Part shown: positions 1-10,586 of the stretch, one piece after another | How the letters are laid out: every line of letters begins with the position of its first letter | Position numbering within the stretch: position 1 is the first letter of the stretch | Assembly: GCA_024626585.2 (NCBI GenBank) | Contig: JANKJI020000001.1 | Span: 8,882,334-8,911,314, forward strand | DNA from: Ginkgo biloba | Taxonomy: Eukaryota; Plantae; Ginkgophyta | Length of the DNA stretch: 28,981 nucleotides | Direction: 5' to 3' | The notes under the pieces: model-generated | What the model was told of the DNA's origin: nothing | The model's input: only the letters and a program-made list of their open reading frames with translations | Database searches by the model: none | Translations under genes and position numbers: made by a program

Positions 1-998
1 GACCCCACCACCAATGCCACCAAAAGTGATTACAAGAAGAGAAACAAGCCTCAAAGCAAGAGCAGACAAAGAAGTGCTGTCTTGCTTCCCTCTATTTGGG
101 TATGACTGAGAGTAGTGCTGTAAGTGTAATGCCACCCATTTTTCTCTTAATATGCAATTAAAAAAATTACTAGGCTGCAGCATTCAAATGTGCATGAAAG
201 TTTCAGGAATTGTTAAAACAGGTGGCCATTCACCTCCTGTGATAAATATGACTTCCTTAGATATGCAAGCCTTTATCAATGTACCGCTAATGCTGATATT
301 TGAAATGCATCCTGAAAATGCAGTTAATTAAAGAAATATAAACACAAGTTATTATTTCAGATCCTACTATATGTCATCAAGCCTGATTGTTAATTGGTTC
401 AAAGGAACGACATTTGGCAAGTTCATATTTTTTTTTTTCAACTATGTTCAGCATTAACCCTGACACTGGCTTTAAGTATCAAGTCATTAAGGAAGGCTTC
501 CTGCCACTCATCCCAATTCAGGGCTTAACCTACACTAATACATTTTGATGAAAAATGGTCACTACAAATACAACAACATAGCATGATTGACAAATGGGTC
601 AAGTCTGAACCTTGACCTCATGTTCNNNNNNNNNNNNNNNNNNNNNNNNNNNNNNNNNNNNNNNNNNNNNNNNNNNNNNNNNNNNGCAAAAACTGAATGA
701 AAGTTTGTGAGATATTTACATTCGGATTAAAAAGGTGACAAGCTAATCAAGCAATAAAGCTTAACTGATGAATTGGTAAAGTAAATTCCATGCAAAAAAT
801 TCCAATTTCGAACACCTGCAAGTTGCAACTAGTGATGGAAAAATGAATCACATGATTCCAAAAATTGAAGGACGGAGGATGGAGAATAGACATTAGTGCT
901 TGACATTCAGAGAGTAGATAATAACAAGTCAATGAACAAAAGCTCATTTCGAAGGTTTTGGCATTCCTAGAATACCAAACAAGGATACTTCGGACTAC

Positions 999-1098
999 CT
1001 CTTTTATTCTTTGCTCTAGTGAACTCCTTTGCTCTCTCAACCTCTGCAGCAATCTTCTTTTGCAGGACTTTCTCTTTTTTCTCCAGCATCTCGAGCGT
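999..1098 (-). CDS. SNF7: ESCRT-III subunit SNF7/VPS32 (CHMP4 family), coding exon 2 (100 nt, phase 0 in, phase 1 out)
   Basis: Minus strand reads ttgtag|ACG CTC GAG ATG...AAT AAA AGA G|gtagtc, giving TLEMLEKKEKVLQKKIAAEVERAKEFTRAKNKR. This closely matches the plant SNF7 N-terminal helix as I recall it (TLEMLEKKEKVLLKKAGAEVEKAKEYSRAKNKR). Canonical AG at 1099-1100 and GT at 997-998. Confidence 0.96.
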
Positions 1099-3329
1099 CT
1101 ACAAAATTTCAAAAACATGGGATATTTCAGAAAACATCGTAAAGATCTGNNNNNNNNNNNNNNNNNNNNNNNNNNNNNNNNNNNNNNNNNNNNNNNNNNN
1201 NNNNNNNNNNNNNNNNNNNNNNNNNNNNNNNNNNNNNNNNNNNNNNNNNNNNNNNNNNNNNNNNNNNNNNNNNNNNNNNNNNNNNNNNNNNNNNNNNNNN
1301 NNNNNNNNNNNNNNNNNNNNNNNNNNNNNNNNNNNNNNNNNNNNNNNNNNNNNNNNNNNNNNNNNNNNNNNNNNNNNNNNNNNNNNNNNNNNNNNNNNNN
1401 NNNNNNNNNNNNNNNNNNNNNNNNNNNNNNNNNNNNNNNNNNNNNNNNNNNNNNNNNNNNNNNNNNAGAGGGGATTTTGAGCATTATCTACCAAATCACA
1501 TGTTGCAAAGTTGTGCACAATATCCACAAAGACCAAGAGTTGCACTCTACCACTATCAAAGAATAGTCATGTACAAGAAGACAACCTGCAAGTAGATAAT
1601 GGCAATGAGGCAAAATCACCTATCCCTTCTCACTGTAAGTAGTCATTGCACACACAAAACATAGAAAGATGCAAGAAGCTTAAGCACACAAANNNNNNNN
1701 NNNNNNNNNNNNNNNNNNNNNNNNNNAAGAAATTAGATCGATGTCCGTGGAAGACAAAAAGTGGTCAACGGAACTGGTATGTACAGTATAATTATTAAAT
1801 ATAGAATAGAGGAGTGTGTAGACCAGTCCCAAATTGTCTAAGTAAAAGAATTTAGAAATAAAGAGAATATCAGAAAACATATAAGCACATGCAAGGTGAA
1901 ACTTTGCATATGAAATAATACTATTAGAAAGGATAAATTTTCAATGTTTTCGGAATGCAAGAACCAGGTTTTGTAGAAAGACGGGAACTTAACTTGTAAA
2001 TGTTGAGTTTAAATAAATTCCACAAAAGAAAAGTCATGCTTCATTACTTATGAAGCCTGGCTCCAGTGATAGCGCAAATAAATCATTGTGAAGAGCTGTC
2101 ACAAACAAGTGCCTACAGGAGTTACAACTCCTAAATTGTCATTTNNNNNNNNNNNNNNNNNNNNNNNNNNNNNNNNNNNNNNNNNNNNNNNNNNNNNNNN
2201 NNNNNNNNNNNNNNNNNNNNNNNNNNNNNNNNNNNNNNNNNNNNNNNNNNNNTAATCATAATAATTTGATCAAGGTTTTGTTGTAAAAAACATTCATCAG
2301 GTACTCAAATCATGATCAACAGATAGAACTAAGCATTTCCACCCACAAGAGTAAAAGCTTCATCATGCACAACAAGCAGAAAAATATCAAATAGGTTCAG
2401 ATACAAAATAAATGTTGAACATTCAACTTTGAACTTGCTTCCTTTACAGAAATTATAAAGCACATTTCTCTTTTTAATACTGGTGTTGAATTTCAATTCT
2501 TCTTTAGTCCAAAAACAATTTAAATAACAAATAGTTGAGAGAACAAACATAGAAGCACCATTAGGATAGGGATATCAAAACATATAGGCTAACTAAAATA
2601 GCTGCAAAAGCAAGGAATTATCTGATCCACTCACATGTACAGCTGGGTTCCAGAAATCAAGAATTGGCATTCAAAGTCACCCCAAGAACATGGCTGACAA
2701 AACAACCCATTCTTGAATTATTCCCTTTGATCAACCACCTTAAAGCTTTATCATGTCTTGTTTATGGTTCTTGAAGCTTCTTTCTTACTTCTTCTAGCAA
2801 TGTCTATAGTTTCTCAGCTATTTTCCCTTAAAGATTCTCAATCCTTAAGAAATCTNNNNNNNNNNNNNNNNNNNNNNNNNNNNNNNNNNNNNNNNNNNNN
2901 NNNNNNNNNNNNNNNNNNNNNNNNNNNNNNNNNNNNNNNNNNNNNNNNNNNNNNNNNNNNNNNNNNNNNNNNNNNNNNNNNNNNNNNNNNNNNNNNNNNN
3001 NNNNNNNNNNNNNNNNNNNNNNNNNNNNNNNNNNNNNNNNNNNNNNNNNNNNNNNNNNNNNNNNNNNNNNNNNNNNNNNNNNNNNNNNNNNNNNNNNNNN
3101 NNNNNNNNNNNNNNNNNNNNNNNNNNNNNNNNNNNNATTTCTACCTCAAATTAACCTAGTTCCTTAGGTAGATATTAATCTACCTATACTTGACTCTTCT
3201 ACCTTGACATTGATTGAAACTCCACAAACTCTAATTGAGAGATATCTTTACTGTGGTCCTAATATTACTAAATTATCATTAATTTTGGAATTTGTATTTA
3301 ATTTCTTATTAGGTAACCCTATAGGAGAA

Positions 3330-3930
3330 TAATATAATATATCTATAATTATTTATAGATTTTGATCAAGCACTAATGCTAGATATATTTAAAAATTATA
3401 AATCCATCGTATATTTTATGTATGGAGAATGAATAGTATGGGACTAGTTTCACCATAAATATGGAAAATGGCACTACCTTTCCCATAAAGGATAACTCAC
3501 TTTATCTTATTATTCCATTTAATCNNNNNNNNNNNNNNNNNNNNNNTTAATCACTAAAATATAATCAAATTTTCCATGTGGATATTCCCATTATATATTT
3601 TATCCAAGGAGGGCATACTCCCTCTTACACAAGATCCTTTAAATAAGGTGATATCATGAACATTAATAATAATTTCCCTATGAATATTTATAAATATGAC
3701 ACCTTAAAGTAAATTCTCTTGGGATCAAATTTTACTCCCTAAGAGGAGGAGCAATTTAAGTGCCTTTATCAAGAATTTCAAAAAATATTATATGGTCCTA
3801 TGATAAAATACTTGGTAGGAAAATAATTTTATTTGTCATCACATTGATAACTATCCTGAAGCTAGTCCAATTATTTACAAAATAAATACCTATCAAGCCA
3901 TAATTAGTTAACAAAATTTAGAAAGAATTA
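3330..3930 (+). mobile_element. Degenerate Ty3/gypsy (Tat/Ogre-like) pol fragment between protease and RT, inside SNF7 intron 1, antisense to the host gene
   Basis: Frameshifted reading gives ...WD*FHH...GDIMNINNNFPMNI...LLGSNFTP*EEEQFKCLYQEFQ../WSYDKILG../CHHIDNYPEASPI. This resembles the Tat-clade pattern 'IGA..S.EE...Y..LFKEF.DVFAWSY.EMPG......H.I.TYP.AKPV'. Boundaries are approximate. Confidence 0.7.
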
Positions 3931-4940
3931 TATAAAAGTTTGAATTATTATTTCATATTTATAGGTACTTAACCTAAATAGGCATGCATCATTATCCATA
4001 TAAGGAAAAGGAATATATTATTTTATCTTTGTGTTTGTTGATTCGGATATCCATTGCACTAGCAATTTGCTAACAATAAAAGCGTATTGACATCTCTTCA
4101 ACTTCATATTTCACAGTGGACTAGACATTGAAACAAATCAATCCTAAAATTGAACAGTTCTGAAAATTTCTCCCTTCCACACGTGCACAAAACAACTCTT
4201 TACTTACCAAACCAGAGTACATATGTCTCAATAGTATAAATAATTCACTCAATATTCTGGCCGCATATCCATACTACAACACAATTGTTTTCGTATTTTT
4301 GTCATAGTCCTCTTTTAAATTCTCATTCGCAGGCAAATTAAACACTTCTAAATTCTCACTTACATAGTAAGTTCAATTATTAGTCAATGCATTATTTGCT
4401 CCTTCAAGCTGGGTTTCAAGCAGTTCTGCTAAGAGTAACTTGGACTAACGTTAACCATACTGTCAGGCATTCCGCAGGGTACTCTGAGGAAATTGCACTT
4501 TAATTGAATCGCAAGAAAATATGATTCCTCTTTTACTCTAAAGTATCCGTCAGAGTAAAGTGGCCCTTGGAGTAATCGCATTATTCTTTTCTGCATGATG
4601 GATGTAGTGCTCCGGCCCGGAGTAGGGTCCATGTGTGGGGGACATAAGGGGGAGGTTCCAGGATCCCTTCTCCTTAAATTAGGTCAACGACCTGAGTTCA
4701 GAGGGGGCTTCACCTATTGTTTCCTATGCCTGGTGGTTACCATATCCTCAAGNNNNNNNNNNNNNTTTACAGAGGCCTGTGGGTTACAATGCCTCTTGCA
4801 TCTCTGATGGTGTTGGTCTACAAAGATTCAGATACTTATCAGACTTCTAACACGAATTGGAGAACAGGAGGCATAAAACTAGTGTCAGGATCATTGCCAA
4901 GAAGGGCAGAGGTCAAAACAGATTGGTAAAATGAAAATAC

Positions 4941-4979
4941 CTCATTGAGCTTGTCAAGGGTTGAAAGAGGACTCGGGTC
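4941..4979 (-). CDS. SNF7: SNF7/VPS32 coding exon 1, 3' part (start codon lost in or beyond the 100-N gap 4980-5079)
   Basis: Minus strand reads DPSPLSTLDKLNE|gtattt. LxTLDKLNE directly precedes TLEMLEKKE in plant SNF7, and the phase-0 donor joins exon 2 in frame. Intron 1 is 1099-4940 (about 3.8 kb including Ns). Confidence 0.93.
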
Positions 4980-5079
4980 NNNNNNNNNNNNNNNNNNNNN
5001 NNNNNNNNNNNNNNNNNNNNNNNNNNNNNNNNNNNNNNNNNNNNNNNNNNNNNNNNNNNNNNNNNNNNNNNNNNNNNNN

Positions 5080-5930
5080 ATCAGAGCCCAATTTTTCTCC
5101 ATTGGGAAGAAAAGACATAAAAATTACACCAAATAATACATGGAACATATTTGATACCATATTTTGGGTAAAATAATAAATTACTTCATTGGAAAGAAAA
5201 TCTCCTTAGGTAAAGAACCTGAGAAGAAAAATTTAGATTCTTAAATGGTTTGGACTCGGTCCAAATACCAAGAAGAAGGGGAGAAACCAAAAAATATGCC
5301 ATTGATAGAATATTGAAGAATCGATAATTCTAGTGAAATTTCATAAGGGGATAAATGGGAATGGCCTAAAGTACCTATAGAGGGAGATGAAAATTAAAGG
5401 ATGGATAGTCTAGAAAAAGGTCTAGCATAATTTAGAATGGATCTTGATGACAGTATGGCCAATATTTTATAAATCATGAAAATATTGGTGCCAACACCTC
5501 ATATGTATGAAATGATATTGCTAACAACCACAAGTGGTTCTATAAGTATTTATCCTTCCAGTAGTAGTATTATAGTTACTCCTTTGAGCATGCATAATGT
5601 AAACACCACTTTAAAGTTGAAATTAAATTGGAAATTCCCATGTATGACAAGGGAATTAATATGAAAAAAATTTATAACTAAATAAAATAGTTGGATAAAT
5701 ATTTTAATGTCCAAAAATATTCTAATCCTTAAAATATATCTTTTGCTAAGCTAAAATTGACGGGACAAACCTTGTTATGGTGGGAAAGTTTTTATGAAAG
5801 GCAACACTAGTAAGGGAGATTTCCCATCTCTATATGGGACAAATTTAAGTAAGTTATCAAGAAGAATTTTAACTTGACTGGATATATGCATGAGAAAAAA
5901 ATTTAGTGGTAGTATTTAAGACAAAATTCA
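5080..5930 (+). mobile_element. Ty3/gypsy retrotransposon relic: partial tRNA-iMet PBS followed by pseudogenised gag (Retrotrans_gag)
   Basis: ATCAGAGCC at 5080-5088, right after the gap, is the tail of the PBS TGGTATCAGAGC. 5610-5930 reads FKVEIKLEIPMYDKGINMKKIYN*IK*LDKYFNVQKYSNP*NISFAKLKLTGQTLLWWESF...ISIWDKFK*VIKKNFNLTGYMHEKKI*W*YLRQ, a typical gag capsid pattern with stops at expected W/Q positions. Confidence 0.85.
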
Positions 5931-6617
5931 ATCCAAATTTCGCTTTCAATTTGGCAAACTTTATACTTTGCATAGTATACAAGTTATGGGTACGTCCACG
6001 GTACGTGTAGCTGCCATTCACAAAATGTGAGTGGGCAAAACACTTCACACCAATAATTGAGACTACTTACATGCTATTCTCCCTACAATCTAACAACACT
6101 TTCTTGAAGAGATTTATATGGAGTACTCTACTCCCCATATAATGAGTTTAGATATGCACTCCCAAGATTTGAAAGTTCTTAACCACTTAAACCATTCTCT
6201 AAGTATGTGGAGTACTTTTAATCCTATATCTTATGTAGAGCTTCCCTTGAAATATAATCAACTCTTTTATGTTTGTAAAAATGCTAGTAAGCAAAAATAC
6301 TACATTGCCACATATTCCTAGAGCCATCAACATACATAAATTTAATAAAAGAAGACCATGCAAGAGGGAGTTAAATTAAGCGAGAGGGCCTGAATTATGT
6401 ACCAACACTAAAGGATGCACTTTGTAGCATCAAGTTTAGATTTCTACTACGTCAATAAAGCATTCTTCGTGAGATGATACCTTTTGCACATGGGGATTAC
6501 CTTCCTAGACAAAACATNNNNNNNNNNNNNNNNNNNNNNNNNNNNNNNNNNNNNNNNNNNNNNNNNNNNNNNNNNNNNNNNNNNNNNNNNNNNNNNNNNN
6601 NNNNNNNNNNNNNNNNN

Positions 6618-7560
6618 TCAAATTCGAATTCCCTAAACTTTGAAAGGTGTCTTTGGGTGCCTCCTACCTATCTTTCCCCAAATTTTTGTAGCTTTCTTGA
6701 ACAAACTCATGGAGGTTTCCTATAAGGTTATCCTTTTCTTTGAAATGTTCATTGTTTATTTGAGCTACTTATTTAAGATTCCTCTTTGAACAAATATGCT
6801 TCTCAGCCATGCATGGAACACAATATCATCAACCCAAGAGGAATCTCACCTGGCTTTGTCTCATTCATTTTTTAAACAAAAGACCTTTCACCTATGCTTT
6901 GTGCCATATTTATCTCAAAATTAACACACTCTAAATTTCTTTTGTGATTGGGTTAAATATTCCTTTTCGAAGTTCACTCATGCATATAAATTTTTAGTGG
7001 CATCTCTAAGGTGAACTTTTAGAGAGTATGCAAGTGCTCCATGGATCCCATATGTTCATTTTGTTTGGCCCTTACAAACTCCCCTTCTCACACATGCTCT
7101 TGCATCTCTTCTTTCTCACCAACCTATCGGTGCATGGTGTTTCTCCTTATTTACCCCACATCCCCATTGAGGATACATTCAAATATTATTCATAAATGGA
7201 GAAAGGAAACTCAAGATTTTCAGGTCCATGGGCTATCAAGATTTTCAATGGTGAATGTCGAGTGCGCACCTTTTTTTGTAAAAAAATTAAGTCCTGAAAC
7301 TCAAACTTATGTTCATTATTGTTTAGATGTCAACCTTCCAATCAATTGATATTTAATATATGCTTGGGTCTTCTAGGCCTTGGAAACTTTAAAGGAAAAG
7401 TTGAGACATTCCTAGATACCTGAAACCTGACATAACAAGTGTTGAAGTCCCTAGACTTGGCCCTTCACACCCATATTCTTTGTGGGTGACAAATTCTGTA
7501 ATGAGCATTCCTTACCAAAGACTTATAAAAATAAAAGGGGTCCCTTTAAAGGGGTCAACA
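6618..7560 (-). mobile_element. LTR segment (copy A), same family as the solo LTR at 10587-13149
   Basis: About 6625-7212 aligns by eye with about 11905-12468, and about 7290-7560 with about 12865-13149. Both copies end at the same GGGGTCAACA (minus strand TGTTGACCCC, an LTR start). On the minus strand a purine-rich CCAAGGAGGCC PPT-like tract precedes it. Orientation is inferred. Confidence 0.75.
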
Positions 7561-9070
7561 AGTGGCCTCCTTGGTTGGCATCACCCCCTATAGGTTATGT
7601 AAAAACTAGTTTGTTTATTAAACTAGAAAATAAACCAAAAATTAAAATTATATTACAATGGTACCTTGACCAAGATTTTTNNNNNNNNNNNNNNNNNNNN
7701 NNNNNNNNNNNNNNNNNNNNNNNNNNNNNNNNNNNNNNNNNNNNNNNNNNNNNNNNNNNNNNNNNNNNNNNNNNNNNNNNTTAAATCTTAGGTGTCTCAG
7801 TTCACGAGTCACAAAACTTGGATAAGAGGTGATTTTTTGGTTCTTAAAGAGTCTTTAGCTAATTAAATGTGGATGTTTGGTTACAAATCCTTTTTTAGTG
7901 CTATTTAGGGTTAATTTTAGGCCCTTAAACCCTTATTTTTATAAATTTCACCTCTGAACTCCTATTTAGGCCTAGGTTGTGTCTTAGGGAACAACATACA
8001 CCTTAATACACTCTTTATCGTAAAAGTTTTTGTAACTTTAATATGTAAGTATCCCTTTTTATTTTTTAATATTCTTTCTTATAAAGAATATTCTTATTTT
8101 GATTTTATAATAGATCCTTGTCAAATTAAAATTTACATTTGAATATGACATGTTTTGCCACTTAGTGCAATGCTTTAATTTGACTTGCATTTCTTCCTAT
8201 CCTTTGACACTCACATAGAGTGATGCTATGGGTTGATTATTTAATGGCGATCAAGACTATTGACAAACTCATGGTAGAAGAGGGAGGTGATAGAGTTAGA
8301 TTAAGTATATATCTCTATCGGAGCAACAATAATGAAAGCCATATATCAAAGGGAATATGAGTAAGGCGAAGCCTTTATCGTTTGAATTGTGTATAATGTA
8401 GAGAACAAAGAAAAACAAGTCCAGTCGATTGATTACGAAATAAGTAGTGAAAAGAGAGACCAAAGGTGCACTTTACTTCTCATATAGTGTCTATATAAGG
8501 ATATTATAATTCATTCTAACCATTGGACACTTTAATGCTCAGTTTCATAAATCTGGATCATCTTCCCATACCATGATCTTGTTGGGCATGACTGTGGGGA
8601 TGTTTCTCAGTTGTAGATGTCACATGTCAGTTGTGTAAGGTGATGAATATGGAGAAAATGACTTTCTGTAGGCGCATATCGTTGTATCATGTCCAACAGA
8701 TTCTAACGCACCAATCGTGGGAGGCCTATCTCTGTAAACGTGAGTCATAATGCCACTCAAATAATCAGAATGGCTTAACACTAAGCTGGCAGGCTGTTAG
8801 CTATAAACCCTCTCACCAGACAGAGCCAGCGATTAGTTAAAGTTTGACGTGCAGTGCTATGGACCTAGAAGGATTATTGACGACAGAAAATGATTTGGCC
8901 CGTGCGTTTTTTATTTGTCATTTAAGTTTCAAAATGGAAAATAATGGCGTTTATGAAAACGGACATGGAAACTTGTTTGAGGCTTTGAGCAAAGAAAATG
9001 GCCGAGGCAAAGATAATCCTATATGGCATGTAAAACTTGCAAAAGAATCATGTCATTTCATTTATCTCTG

Positions 9071-9290
9071 TCAACGTAACTAATATTTTTTCAATGTAAC
9101 AACAAGGACGTAACCAACGTTTTTCAACGTAACAACAAAGACGAAACACGCCAACAAGCAAACAAGCGTTTGTGCACATGAGGAAAGGGTCATGTAGTGT
9201 AATGTAAAACGTAAAACTTGTGTCGTGTAAAACGTAAAATCTGTGTCATGTGTAAAATGTAAAACGTAAAACCTGTGTCATGTGTAAAGT
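9071..9290. repeat. Short imperfect tandem repeats
   Basis: TTTTCAAYGTAACAACAARGACG twice (about 9087-9143), plus TGTAAAACGTAAAAYYTGTGTC three times (about 9203-9280). Confidence 0.8.
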
Positions 9291-9538
9291 TGTAGGACAA
9301 AGATCACCAATGTCAAGTTGTTTGTAAATAGAAACTGATATACGTTAATTGAGGACCTAGGATCCACAATACACCATTACACTGTGAATTCGCCTATTTC
9401 CACTTCTATCATGAATGGAGNNNNNNNNNNNNNNNNNNNNNNNNNNNNNNNNNNNNNNNNNNNNNNNNNNNNNNNNNNNNNNNNNNNNNNNNNNNNNNNN
9501 NNNNNNNNNNNNNNNNNNNNGGACATAGAAGGTGATGT

Positions 9539-9830
9539 CTACCTTTCATTTCCACTCAAGCTAGGTATTGGAAAGTGAGGACTATGTTCTATGGTCTCCA
9601 AAGTAGAAGGCTCACACACCTTAGGTGTGGAATGGGATTTTTTTACTATAGGTTGGCTTTTTATTATATCTTGAGGAGACCTTTGGAAGTCTTCAATGAC
9701 CCTTAGAGCTCTTTGGGATATCATATATGGCCTCCTTACGCCTATATTGTTTATAATTACCATCTTCAATTTGGTAAGTAGTTATATTTTGGGGTTTAGT
9801 CCCTAATATGGTCACCAATTTATGTTGACA
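9539..9830 (-). mobile_element. 5' LTR end / PBS junction and possible gag start of a Tat/Ogre-like element
   Basis: Minus strand reads GTCAACA (LTR end at 9823), TAAAT, then TGGTGACCATATTAGGGA (9817-9800). This is a decayed match to the Tat/Ogre PBS TGGCGACTCYRCTGGGGA. It is followed by ORF 9539-9769 containing GVRRP, weakly gag-like. Confidence 0.5.
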
Positions 9831-10586
9831 TCTACATTGGTACTAGTGTGAAATGGTGGATAAGGCTTTAGACTACATAGAGAGAAGTACCAACACATCA
9901 GAATAATAAGGAGCTTAATGCTCTTCATATGATACGGGAGGTTCCCTTATTCCAAAGAATGAAATAATGGTAACAAAAATGTAAAATGTGTTTGTAATAG
10001 AAAAGGAAGCTTGCATTTTTTTTTCTAGTTCTATCTTTTATAAAAAGAGAGAGAGAGGAAGGGGTAAGGGGATAACACCAAAGAAAAATAGACTAATGGA
10101 AGAAGAAGAAGGAGTAGAACAACTTTTGCTAATGGAGTTGATACAACAACATAATATAGACCCTTTAACCTTGCTTAGCAGACCACAAGATGTGCATCTC
10201 TTGTTGAAACTAGTCCGATGGCATGACCAAACCCTTTAGCTTCAATTGGCAAGATGACATAATCAAAGAAGTTGAATTGGAGGAGATNNNNNNNNNNNNN
10301 NNATAATTTTATTAATTAGATTAATATGATGGAATAACATATACCCTTCAACTCTAAGATCAAATGGTAACATAAGTCAAAGTATCCACTTGAAAAGGCT
10401 AACATGGTGGTATAACTAAACCCTTTAACCTTATAGGAGAATACGCCAATAGGGCATATACAAGTTGATGAATAATAGAAAAGTGTGTAGCTATGAAAAT
10501 TAGTATGACGACATACCGAGACCCCTAACTTCAATAGTAATCATGACAAGCTAGCACCTTAGTAACCAACATGATAACTCAATAAT

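Noticed and set aside
747-1566. Long ORFs in the track (245, 202, 153 and 148 aa) and other X-rich ORFs across the window
   Set aside because: They are inflated by N runs. The real coding segment here is the 100-nt SNF7 exon, in a frame these ORFs do not translate.
4429-4929. Short ORFs in the GC-richer part of SNF7 intron 1
   Set aside because: No recognisable domain. They lie within an intron defined by exons in matching phase.
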